IMG/VR virus record: IMGVR_UViG_3300031949_000090
Location: 1 to 40,908 of that record
DNA: 40,908 nt
Strand: one strand, 5' to 3'
DNA from: a virus
Taxonomy: Duplodnaviria; Caudoviricetes
Position 1 is the first letter of the stretch; each line of letters starts with the position of its first letter. Made by a program: the position numbers and the translations under genes. Positions 26,369 to 35,133 of this stretch are shown here, piece after piece. The notes under the pieces were generated by a model. The model ran no database searches. It worked only from the letters and a program-made list of their open reading frames with translations, and was not told where the DNA came from.

Positions 26369-27295
26369 ATGCCAAGCGACAGAAGAACACGGGAGATCAT
26401 CGATGAAGTGGTGGCGGACAAGGCCAGCGGCGGCGTCCGCTACTTCGTGGATGCCAACGCCGGCAGCGACGGCGCCAACGGCTTGAGCTGGGTCACGGCC
26501 CTGGCGACGATGGCCGCGGCGTTCGCGAAGATCGCATCCGGCGACACCATCGTCTTCCGCGGCAACGTGCGCGAGCAGCTCACCACGCCCACCGGGGCGG
26601 CGGATGTCACCATCCTCGGCGTCGGCAACCGGCCCCGACACGCCGACACGCACCCGCTCAACGGCGAGCTGGCCGCGGCCACGTGGAAACTGCCGGCCAG
26701 CGGATCCACCAACAACCCGCTGCTCATCCTCCGCAACCCCGGCTGGCGGCTGGAGAATTTTCTGGTTGCCGCGCACAGCACGAACTATGCGTTCCGTTTG
26801 GAGCGCACGGCCGATGAGGATGCCACCGAGCAGGATGCCAGCCATTCATCGTTCATCGGCATCCGCTTCGCCAGTGGGGCCGGCGGGATCAGCGATACCG
26901 GCGGCTGCTTCAACGTGACGATCCGCGACTGCTGGTTCGGGGCCCTGACCACCGCCTGCATCCTGGGCGTCGGCAACATCGGCGTGGGCCAGCTGATGTG
27001 GCACATCACCGGCAACCACTTCAACAACTTCACCAACGGCGTGAAGATCGCCGGCCACGAATGCGTGATCCGCGGCAACTTCTTTACCGATGGTGGGACG
27101 CCGAACACGACGTTCGTCCTGAACACTAACAACGGCGGCGGCCGGGACAATTTCGTTGTGGACAACTACTTCCAGACGCTCACGGCCAACTTCAACGATC
27201 CCGACGTCGTCGGCTGCGCCACGGACGTTTGGAACAACGTGTCGATCGACGGCACCGCCAACATGATCGGCCGCGAGGTTGGACAGCCGGCGTAG
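26369..27295 (+). CDS. Right-handed parallel beta-helix (pectate-lyase-like) protein
   Basis: YFVD...GSD...G.SW..A..T...A......GDTI cap motif; repeated I..N.F strands. Confidence 0.8.
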   Translation: MPSDRRTREIIDEVVADKASGGVRYFVDANAGSDGANGLSWVTALATMAAAFAKIASGDTIVFRGNVREQLTTPTGAADVTILGVGNRPRHADTHPLNGELAAATWKLPASGSTNNPLLILRNPGWRLENFLVAAHSTNYAFRLERTADEDATEQDASHSSFIGIRFASGAGGISDTGGCFNVTIRDCWFGALTTACILGVGNIGVGQLMWHITGNHFNNFTNGVKIAGHECVIRGNFFTDGGTPNTTFVLNTNNGGGRDNFVVDNYFQTLTANFNDPDVVGCATDVWNNVSIDGTANMIGREVGQPA

Positions 27296-27338
27296 GGCGG
27301 ATTCACCGCAGAGACGCAGAGAACGCAGAGGTCAGATC

Positions 27339-29012
27339 ATGAAACGTGAAGATGTGAAACGTGATGCGAGGCGGGGCGGATGGCCGCTGGTTGTCCTGGC
27401 GGCGCTGCTGCTAGTCCCGGGCATCCTGGCTGTCGGTGCGGATGAGCCGGCGGCCACAACCCGGCCAGCACTCAGCCCGCAGCACTCGGCCCTGGTCACT
27501 CTGCTCACCGATGCCCTGGCAGAGGGCCAGGCGGCGGGCGAGAGGGCGGGCCAGCTCAGTGACGAGGTGAAAGGACTGAGGACTGAGTTGGAAGCGGCTC
27601 GGGCCGCGGCCGCGGCGGCGGAGAGTGCGGCGTCCGGAGTCCGGAGAGAGGAGTCCGGAGAGGGGAGTCCGGAGTTCCAGACTCCAGACTCCAGACTCCA
27701 CCCCTACCAACGCGGCCAGGTGTATGAGATCGACAAGACGATCAAGGTCACCAGCGGCCAGCGGCACATCGCGGTCGGTGGGCAGTCGGCAGTGGGCAGT
27801 GGGCAGGAAGAACTGCCACCGCCGGTGCTGCTGTGGACGGGGCCGAGAAACGGCGGCCCGATCATGCAGGTTGTCGATGGCGCCACGGACGTCGCCATCG
27901 ATGGCCTGCTGTTTCGCACGCCGTTCGACCAGGCCCCCTACGAGCAGAACGTCCCCCATGCCATTCGCCTGGGGGCGGCGTCGAAGATCGTGCTGAGCGA
28001 TCTCACCTTCGAGCACGTGGGTTACGCGATCAATGGGAACGGCCGGCCGAGCGATGTGACGATCGAGAATTGCCGCTCGCTCCTGGAGACCGGCCTCCGC
28101 GCCTACTTCGTCTGGGGCGAGGGCGAGGGCTGGCGGATCCGCGACTGCGTGGCGGTGAACTCGACGCGCGAGCATATCGTTCGCTTCGCGGGCTTCAGCG
28201 ACGTGGAGATTACGGGGTGTGATTTTCAAAACATGGACCGGACGGGGAGCGGTCAGCAGTCAGCGGTCAGCGGTCAGCCCGACAAGGCGGATACGGCCAA
28301 GGGCGTGTTCACGATCCAGCATGGCGAGGGGGCGCGGATCATCGGCAACCGCGTCGTCGGCGGCGGGATCGGCGTGGGGCCGCTGGGCGGGCCGGATGGG
28401 GCGGCCAGCGAGCGGGCACGGCTGGAGAGGTTGGGGTTGTCGCCGGCCGAGGTGGAGGAAGCGATCAGCGGTCAGCGGTCAGCGGTCAGCGATCAGCCCG
28501 CGCATCCGGACTCGCAACTCGCAACTAACAACTCGCAACTCACAACTCGCTTGACCACAGACGTCCTCGTCGCCGGCAACCGGCTGGTCAACAGCCTGAT
28601 CCAGGTCAACGCCGGAGCGCATGATGTCACGATCGCCAAGAACACGATCGACCGCGATCGCGGGCTGTGCATCCAGGTGATCTGCGTGGACCCGGACATC
28701 TCGGCCCGGTCGATCAGTGGGATCACGATCGTCGCCAACGCCATGAGCATGGCCGGGGACCGCCAGAACTTCTTGCGGGTCATCGGCGGGGACGATGCCC
28801 GGGCGGCCGGGCAGGTGCTCTACGCCGGCAACAGCCACGTCGGCCAGCTCGTCGCGCCGCTGGGGGTGGCGGTGCGGCTGGATTTGAGAGGTCAGCTTTC
28901 AGCGTTCAGCGGTCAGCCGTGGCCGCTGGCCGAGGGGTGGCGGGCGGGTAACGTCTGGACAGCGGGAAGCATCGTGCAGGTGGGCAATAAACAGGAGCGA
29001 ATCACACCATGA
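27339..29012 (+). CDS. Signal-peptide-bearing right-handed beta-helix protein carrying in-frame repeat inserts
   Basis: Hydrophobic leader; DVTIENC, DVEITGCDF, I.GN.V strands; eight repeat-coded segments. Confidence 0.75.
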   Translation: MKREDVKRDARRGGWPLVVLAALLLVPGILAVGADEPAATTRPALSPQHSALVTLLTDALAEGQAAGERAGQLSDEVKGLRTELEAARAAAAAAESAASGVRREESGEGSPEFQTPDSRLHPYQRGQVYEIDKTIKVTSGQRHIAVGGQSAVGSGQEELPPPVLLWTGPRNGGPIMQVVDGATDVAIDGLLFRTPFDQAPYEQNVPHAIRLGAASKIVLSDLTFEHVGYAINGNGRPSDVTIENCRSLLETGLRAYFVWGEGEGWRIRDCVAVNSTREHIVRFAGFSDVEITGCDFQNMDRTGSGQQSAVSGQPDKADTAKGVFTIQHGEGARIIGNRVVGGGIGVGPLGGPDGAASERARLERLGLSPAEVEEAISGQRSAVSDQPAHPDSQLATNNSQLTTRLTTDVLVAGNRLVNSLIQVNAGAHDVTIAKNTIDRDRGLCIQVICVDPDISARSISGITIVANAMSMAGDRQNFLRVIGGDDARAAGQVLYAGNSHVGQLVAPLGVAVRLDLRGQLSAFSGQPWPLAEGWRAGNVWTAGSIVQVGNKQERITP

Positions 29013-29425
29013 GCAAGGCATCCAACTATCTCGAAAACGCGCTGCTGAACAGCCTGTTCGGCAAGACGAGCGACCTGGGCGCACTGGCCAGCGTCCCGAC
29101 GATCTATCTCGCGCTGCTGACCGCCGCCCCGAACGACGCCAGCACCGGCAGCACGATCACGGAGGCCAACTACACCGGCTACGCCCGCAAGCAGACCGCC
29201 GCCAGCGACTGGAACGCCGCCAGCGGCGGGGCGATCGACAACCTCAACGCCCTGGCGTTCGATGCCTGCACCGGCGGCTCGTCGACGGTCACGCACTTCG
29301 CCCTGGTCGATGCGGCCACTGCCGGCAACGTGCTCGCGTATGGGGCCCTGGACGCCAGCCCGGCCGTCAGCTCGGGCATCACGCCGCAATTCGCGGCTGG
29401 AGCGGTGGAACTCTCACTGGATTGA
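29009..29425 (+). CDS. Virion structural protein (tail-fibre-associated family)
   Basis: SNYLENALLN..F, YLAL.TA.P, GYAR, THFAL.DA.T.GN.L..G.L. Confidence 0.8.
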   Translation: MSKASNYLENALLNSLFGKTSDLGALASVPTIYLALLTAAPNDASTGSTITEANYTGYARKQTAASDWNAASGGAIDNLNALAFDACTGGSSTVTHFALVDAATAGNVLAYGALDASPAVSSGITPQFAAGAVELSLD

Positions 29426-29429
29426 TCCG

Positions 29430-30548
29430 ATGGCCAAGATCATTTTAGTCACGGGAGATCCACGATCGGGCACGAGCCTGATGATGAACATCCTCATTGC
29501 GCTGGGGATCGGCGTGGTCGGCGAGAAGTTTCCCATGGAGGCTAGGCTTGCCAAGGTCCTGAAGGAGAATCCCGGCCTGCCCCAGCGAACGATCGACCAG
29601 CTTCAGCGGCGAATCGATCACGCCAAGACGATGAACCCGATGGGCTTCTGGGAGGACGGGCGGATCGTCACGCGCGGCCTCAAGACCGTGACGCCGGAGC
29701 AAGGCGGCAAGGCCGTGAAGATCATCACGGCAGGCGCCTGGCTTCGCCCTACCGGCCGGGGCACCGATCCCGCCTGCTACGACAAAGCGATTCTGTGCCT
29801 GCGCGATCCCCGCTCGGTAGCGGTCAGCCAGGAGGATCTGATCGGCGGCGCGGAGATCGCGGGCTTCGGGGCCTGGGAGTTTCCCAAGTTGCCGCAACGT
29901 CCCAATCGGTATCTGTCGGGTACAGGCATGTTCGCCCGCTGGCTGGCCGATCAGCCGCAGACGACGCGGGACCGCTTTCTCCCTGTGGATTACGACCAGC
30001 TTTGCTCGGACCCGACCACTCAGATCCGCCGGATCGTCCAGCATCTTGGGCTGAACCGCCCCGACATCGCGCCGGCCGTCGCGATGATCGACACGAACCT
30101 GCGACGATCGCAGCCGGCCGACTTCCCGGAGAACTTGGCGATCGATGGGGCGGTCGCGATGCGTGTCTATCAGGCACTGAAGAGCGGCGACGATCTGTTG
30201 GTCGCCAAAGCCGAGGTGGCGGCCGAGATCAGCCGACAGCGCGAAGAGGCGGCCGGCTGGATCGATACAGAGTACGGCACGCTTGTTCGCTGCAATGCCG
30301 ACCTGGCCCGGAGCCTGGCGGTGAACAGCAAGGAAGTCCGGACCAAGCTACTTGCGACGGCCGCGTCCCTGGACTACCGACGTTCACCCTACTACGGCGG
30401 CGAGAGCGACCAGACCTACACGATCAAGCGGGCGGCCGACCTGGGAGATCTGACGCGCAAGCGCGTCATCTGCACGCATGAGCGGTTCGCCGGCGAGCAC
30501 ATGACGATCGAGCATTTCGCTGAACTTTTCCGGCGGAGGTTTAAGTAA
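29430..30548 (+). CDS. Sulfotransferase-family protein
   Basis: 5'-PSB loop VTGDPRSGTSLMM, 3'-PB LRDPRSVAVS, VDYDQL..DP...IRRI..HLG. Confidence 0.8.
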   Translation: MAKIILVTGDPRSGTSLMMNILIALGIGVVGEKFPMEARLAKVLKENPGLPQRTIDQLQRRIDHAKTMNPMGFWEDGRIVTRGLKTVTPEQGGKAVKIITAGAWLRPTGRGTDPACYDKAILCLRDPRSVAVSQEDLIGGAEIAGFGAWEFPKLPQRPNRYLSGTGMFARWLADQPQTTRDRFLPVDYDQLCSDPTTQIRRIVQHLGLNRPDIAPAVAMIDTNLRRSQPADFPENLAIDGAVAMRVYQALKSGDDLLVAKAEVAAEISRQREEAAGWIDTEYGTLVRCNADLARSLAVNSKEVRTKLLATAASLDYRRSPYYGGESDQTYTIKRAADLGDLTRKRVICTHERFAGEHMTIEHFAELFRRRFK

Positions 30549-31246
30549 TGCCCATCGTCGGCTTTCCAAATCAGATCCAAGTCACGCTCGGACCCAACTG
30601 GACCGGCTTGAGCGGTCTGCCCGGCACAACCGATCCGCCATTGAGCGAAGACGACGTTCTTGTCCTTACGGAAGTGCCCGATCAGTTCTGCTGGTCAGAG
30701 GATGGGACGCTAACACCCAGCTCGACGAATCGGATCGTGTTTCGCCCGCAGGGCACTGGCAGTGCAGTCGGGGGCAGTCTCTGGGATTGGTGGCTGTATG
30801 GCCGGATTTCGGTGGGTGACAGCGGGTCTCTCCATTCGTTTGTATTCAGTTACGGCGTCACCATCTTCTCCGTCAGCAACAGCGGCTATTCGTACAACTT
30901 TTTGGACATTTTCAACGGGCTATTCGACTCAATCCGCACGTCCTACGCGGCGGCTGGGCAAGAGGCCGTCACCTACGGCTACGGCTGGAATCCGGGCATC
31001 TTCAAGTCGATGGAGGAGTACGTCGAGGGCGGCGAAGAGGCGATCAGCGGCTCGGCCGCGATGGCAATGTCGGCCAGCGGGAATCTCACGGGGATCGGCG
31101 CGTTGGCGGGATCCGCGGCCATTGCATTAGCCATGAGCGGAGCTTTAACTGATGCCGCCGGCGAGGCAGTGTCGCTCACGCACGGCACGTTCCGCAGAAT
31201 CGGCCAGAGCGTCTCCCTCACCCACGGAACATTTAGAAGGGCATAA
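30548..31246 (+). CDS. Hypothetical structural protein
   Basis: TAATG coupling; aromatic-rich N-terminal part; Ala/Gly/Ser C-terminal part. Confidence 0.7.
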   Translation: MPIVGFPNQIQVTLGPNWTGLSGLPGTTDPPLSEDDVLVLTEVPDQFCWSEDGTLTPSSTNRIVFRPQGTGSAVGGSLWDWWLYGRISVGDSGSLHSFVFSYGVTIFSVSNSGYSYNFLDIFNGLFDSIRTSYAAAGQEAVTYGYGWNPGIFKSMEEYVEGGEEAISGSAAMAMSASGNLTGIGALAGSAAIALAMSGALTDAAGEAVSLTHGTFRRIGQSVSLTHGTFRRA

Positions 31247-31248
31247 AC

Positions 31249-31641
31249 ATGATCACCATCGGCGGATATTCGGGCGATGAATTCGACACGACCGCGCAGG
31301 TTGTGGATGACGACACGGACTACGTGCAGATCGCGACCATCCAGGCGGCCGGTCGGGCCGTCGTGCTCCTGGGCGACGTCGGCGCCGGCGGGGCCCTGGC
31401 GGCCCTGAAGATTTCAGCCAGCCCCGTGCTGGCCGGTACGCACGTGGACCTGCTGGAAGACGCCGACTTCTCGACCGAAGTCGCCGCGATGCCGTGGTGC
31501 CTACCGGCCACTCCCCACACGACCGCCGCCGGCGGGGCCTTCGCCCTGAAGCTGGACGCCGGCGCGGGCGAATACACGATCTGGGCCAAGAAGGCGACGA
31601 CGGATACGACCTTGAGAATCCGCGGGAGGATTCTCAGGTAG
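31249..31641 (+). CDS. Hypothetical structural protein
   Basis: In operon; beta-rich. Confidence 0.7.
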   Translation: MITIGGYSGDEFDTTAQVVDDDTDYVQIATIQAAGRAVVLLGDVGAGGALAALKISASPVLAGTHVDLLEDADFSTEVAAMPWCLPATPHTTAAGGAFALKLDAGAGEYTIWAKKATTDTTLRIRGRILR

Positions 31642-31704
31642 CGGTCAGCGGTCAGCCGTCAGTAAGAAGCTGATCGCTGAGAGCTGAGAGCCGGGAGCTG
31701 AACC

Positions 31705-32211
31705 ATGAGCGCATATCTCACAACCACCGAAGCCGACGCCCTGGCGGCCACCCTCCCGGCCGCTTCCCTGGCCGCGTACCTGGCGGCCACCACGGCCGCC
31801 AAGGCGGCGGCGCTGGAGCTGGCGACGATCGACATCGACTCGGCCATGCGCTATCAGGGCCGGCGGTATGACGGCACGGGCGAGCAAGTCCTGGAATTCC
31901 CCCGCTACAACGGCTCGGGCGACACGGACGGGGTCGCGACCGTCTGGGACTGGGACGCGACCGAAGAGGAGGCCGTGATCCCCCTCCAGGTGAAGCTGGC
32001 CGTTCTTTTCCAGGCCGATGGCATCCTGAGCGGCGCCGTGGCGACCCGGACAAGCGCGGGCGATCGCATGATCGCATCAGAGAGCGTCGGCGGGATGTCC
32101 CAGAGCTATCACGCTCCCGCCACGATTATGACCAGCGGCGGGATCCTGCTGGTGACCCGCGCGGCGGAGCTGATGAAGCGGTATCGGCTGCGCAGCGGAA
32201 GTTTGTTATAG
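31705..32211 (+). CDS. Head-tail adaptor (DnaT-like family)
   Basis: Y.T..EAD...AL..AT..ID....YQG.R.....Q.LEFPR...IP.QVK.A. Confidence 0.8.
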   Translation: MSAYLTTTEADALAATLPAASLAAYLAATTAAKAAALELATIDIDSAMRYQGRRYDGTGEQVLEFPRYNGSGDTDGVATVWDWDATEEEAVIPLQVKLAVLFQADGILSGAVATRTSAGDRMIASESVGGMSQSYHAPATIMTSGGILLVTRAAELMKRYRLRSGSLL

Positions 32212-32238
32212 CAACGAGACGCGACCGTAAGGGAGTGT

Positions 32239-32595
32239 GTGCTGTTCATGTTGACCAACGCCACCATCACGAGAATCGACGCACCGGCGACGCGCACCGC
32301 CCTCGGCGGTGAGAACTGGACGCCCGGGTCGACGATCGCACTGCGATGCTCCTGGCAGCGGCCGCGGGCCTCGCAGCGTCAGACGCTGGGAGCGGCGATC
32401 GCCGAGGCCTCCGCCGTGATCTACGTCCCCGGCAACGTCGTCGCCACGGTCCGGACGGGCGGCCGGGTGGTTGTGCGCGTGGATCTGGAATCGTCCGATC
32501 GGACCTATCGCGTCCTGGCCAGCGAGCCGGCGGTAGGCCCCGGCGGCACTGCCGGCAGGTTGACCAACACGGAAGTTTACGTGCAGGCGGCATGA
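32239..32595 (+). CDS. Head closure protein (putative)
   Basis: Position after the adaptor; beta-rich; RBS supplied by a REP-like element. Confidence 0.65.
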   Translation: MLFMLTNATITRIDAPATRTALGGENWTPGSTIALRCSWQRPRASQRQTLGAAIAEASAVIYVPGNVVATVRTGGRVVVRVDLESSDRTYRVLASEPAVGPGGTAGRLTNTEVYVQAA

Positions 32596-33074
32596 TCACG
32601 GACATCAACAACTTCCTGCTCTCGCTCGCCTCGGCGATCGCCGCCGCATCGGGCGTGGCCATCCCGGGCGGTTTGTCGGTTCATCGCAAGGACGAGGCCT
32701 CTTCGAACGCCGTTTACACGGTCCTTCGCGTCTACGGAGGAGCGGACAACGCGAGCTTCGCCGGCATGCGGGATGAGCGGATCGCCTTCCAGCTCGACAC
32801 GCGCGGCACGAACGATGACGCCGGCGTCTTGACGCAGGCCCGCAAGCTCCACGCCACGCTCCTGGACTCTGACGGCCGGCCGCAGATCTCCTGGTCGATC
32901 CCCGGCAAGCGGCTGAGCGCTGCCGGGGCGATCGAAGTCGATCCCGGCGGGAGCTGGGTGGCGTGGGTCAGCCGGATCGAGCAGGTCCCAGGGATCATCG
33001 GCACCGATGAGCAGGGCCGGTCGATCGCAACGGCGAATTATGAAATCGAATTCGAATATGTGCCGGCGGCGTAG
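32592..33074 (+). CDS. Tail terminator protein (putative)
   Basis: FQLDTRG...A..L...L...IGTDEQGR.I..ANYEI; directly before the tail tube genes. Confidence 0.7.
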   Translation: MITDINNFLLSLASAIAAASGVAIPGGLSVHRKDEASSNAVYTVLRVYGGADNASFAGMRDERIAFQLDTRGTNDDAGVLTQARKLHATLLDSDGRPQISWSIPGKRLSAAGAIEVDPGGSWVAWVSRIEQVPGIIGTDEQGRSIATANYEIEFEYVPAA

Positions 33075-33095
33075 CCGGGCAGAAAGGACTGGATC

Positions 33096-33527
33096 ATGAA
33101 CGAGCATCAAAAGACATTCGGCATCACGCTGTTCTACGGCGCGGCCGGCGGGGCGGCGGGGACGGCCCTGGCGGGCATCGTCGGCATCGACGGACTGCCG
33201 GACCTGGTCTTCGACGAGACGGAGATCACGGAGCTGGACCAGGCGAACAAAATGAAGCAGTGGGCGCTGAGCGTCGCCGACGCCGGCAATCTGGGCGTCA
33301 CACTGGCGATGAAAAACGGGACGCTGACCACGCTGCTGGCCATGGCCGACACGGTCGATCGGGCCTGGAAGATCGCATTCATCAGCGGCTCGACGCTGAC
33401 CTTCGAGGGGCCGCTGAAGCGTGTGGGCCTGGCGGGCGCGAGCGGGGCCAACAGCGTGATCAACGTGCCGATCACCGTGCGCGTCAATTCGCTGCCGGTG
33501 TACACGCCGTTTACGCCGCCACCGTAG
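33096..33527 (+). CDS. Tail tube (major tail) protein, copy 1
   Basis: ITELD....KQW...VADAG.L.VTL...WKI.F...TLTFEG pattern. Confidence 0.8.
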   Translation: MNEHQKTFGITLFYGAAGGAAGTALAGIVGIDGLPDLVFDETEITELDQANKMKQWALSVADAGNLGVTLAMKNGTLTTLLAMADTVDRAWKIAFISGSTLTFEGPLKRVGLAGASGANSVINVPITVRVNSLPVYTPFTPPP

Positions 33528-33583
33528 TAGAGGAATCATCGGCATAGCTGACAGCTTTTTGAGACAACCGAAAGGAACGGAGC

Positions 33584-34006
33584 ATGAACGAGCATCAAAA
33601 GACATTCGGGATCACGCTGTTCTACGGAACGGCCGGCGGTGCCGCGGCGACGCCGCTGGCGGGGATCGTCGGCATCGACGGCTTGCCGGACCTGGTCTTC
33701 GACGAGACGGAGATCACGGAGTTGGACCAGGCGGACAAGATGAAGCAGTGGGCGTTGACCGTGGCCGACGCCGGGACTCTCTCTGTCACGCTGGCGATGC
33801 GCAACGCCACGCTTACGACGCTGCTGGCTTTGGCCGACACCGTCGATCGGGCCTGGAAGATCACGTTCAGGAGCACCGCGACGCTGACCTTCGAGGGCCC
33901 GCTGAAGCGCGTCGGCCTGGCGGGAGCGAGCGGGGCCAACAGCGTGATCAATGTGCCGGTCACCGTGCGCGTGAATTCGCTGCCGGTGTACACGCCGTCG
34001 GCGTGA
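33584..34006 (+). CDS. Tail tube (major tail) protein, copy 2
   Basis: About 89% aa identity to copy 1 over the first 138 residues. Confidence 0.8.
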   Translation: MNEHQKTFGITLFYGTAGGAAATPLAGIVGIDGLPDLVFDETEITELDQADKMKQWALTVADAGTLSVTLAMRNATLTTLLALADTVDRAWKITFRSTATLTFEGPLKRVGLAGASGANSVINVPVTVRVNSLPVYTPSA

Positions 34007-34102
34007 GGCAGAGGAAGAGTTGCCAGTTGGTAGTTGGTGGTTGCCAGGCAAGACCAACTACCGACTACCGACTACCCACTACCAACTTTGAGCGGAGCAA
34101 AC

Positions 34103-34459
34103 ATGCCCGAATCGATTCGAGAGAAACTCAAGAAGCCGCGGATTGTGTGCGTCGAGGACAAGGTCCTGGGCAAGATCCACGTGAAGCTGATGCCGGCCAG
34201 CAAAGTGCTGAATCGGCCGTTCCGTCCGAAGATACCGGACGACGCCGAACCGGCCGTCGTCGCGGCCGCCGTGGCGGAGAGCAACGAGGAGATGCTGCAC
34301 GACGTCGTCGCGTACATCTACCAGGAGGATGGCTCGCCCACGTGGGCCAGCCTAGACGAGCTTAGGGACGAGCTTCCGGAGATTCTTTGGGACGGCGTCC
34401 GCCGGATGAATGAGGCCATCCGCAAGGCCAATAGCGGAGAGGACGCCGAAAAAAACTAG
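34103..34459 (+). CDS. Tail assembly chaperone (G-like)
   Basis: Between tail tube and tape measure; ends GAA AAA AAC TAG. Confidence 0.75.
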   Translation: MPESIREKLKKPRIVCVEDKVLGKIHVKLMPASKVLNRPFRPKIPDDAEPAVVAAAVAESNEEMLHDVVAYIYQEDGSPTWASLDELRDELPEILWDGVRRMNEAIRKANSGEDAEKN

Positions 34460-34803
34460 CCGCCTCGCCGGCCCAACAGTTGATCTGCCAGGCGGCGATC
34501 GCGCTGGGCAAGTCGATGGATGAGGTCGGGGAGATGCCGATGGCCGACCTGCATCTTCTGGATGCGTGGCTGGCCGGCCGGGAAAGAGCCCGGGCGAAGG
34601 AGATGGACCTGCGGGCGGCGCGGCAGATCGACATGCTGACGCGGGTTCGCAACGGCGATCGAGTCGAGTTCGCCGATGTCTTCCCCTCGCTGGACACGAC
34701 CGGCCGGGGAAAACTGATCACGGATCCGGATCAGATCGAGCAGATGTTCGCCGCCTGGGCCGGTGCCATGGGCGGGAAGAGAGAGGCAAGTGGAAAGGAC
34801 TGA
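34456..34803 (+). CDS. -1 frameshift extension of the tail chaperone (GT-like)
   Basis: Open -1 frame after A AAA AAC; AIALGKS..E...M...L..W pattern; lacks its own good start. Confidence 0.7.
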   Translation, partial: LAASPAQQLICQAAIALGKSMDEVGEMPMADLHLLDAWLAGRERARAKEMDLRAARQIDMLTRVRNGDRVEFADVFPSLDTTGRGKLITDPDQIEQMFAAWAGAMGGKREASGKD

Positions 34804-34889
34804 GTACTGAGGACTGAGTAACGGAATCCCAACTCAGTCCTCAGTCCTGAGCAACTTTCAACTTCTGATGTCCTGAGCAACTTTTAACT
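34789..34889 (+). repeat. GACTGAG/CTCAGTC hairpin element, copy 2
   Basis: Matches copies at 18695 and 35119. Confidence 0.9.
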
Positions 34890-34899
34890 GGAGTTAGTT

Positions 34900-35133
34900 A
34901 TGAAAACCATCAAGTGCATCGTGATCCTGGAACACGCCGTTCCCGGACAGCATTTCAAGCTCGGCGACGAGGTCCGGCTGCCGGAGAACGTCGCCAGCCG
35001 CCGCCTGGCGACGGGGCACGTGAAGCTGGCCGAAGGCGAACGGCCGCTGGAGCCGGCCCGCGTTATCCGGCCGCAGATCAGCGATCAGCCGTCAGCGGTC
35101 AGCGAGCAGCAGAAGAAAAGTGGAAAGGACTGA
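34900..35133 (+). CDS. Small hypothetical protein flanked by direct-repeat elements
   Basis: GGAG RBS; F..GDEV.LP...A...LA.G.V. Confidence 0.7.
   Translation: MKTIKCIVILEHAVPGQHFKLGDEVRLPENVASRRLATGHVKLAEGERPLEPARVIRPQISDQPSAVSEQQKKSGKD

Noticed and set aside
33096-34006. Tail tube duplicate as a DGR template/variable pair
   Set aside because: Both are full ORFs, differences are not confined to adenines, and no reverse transcriptase is present
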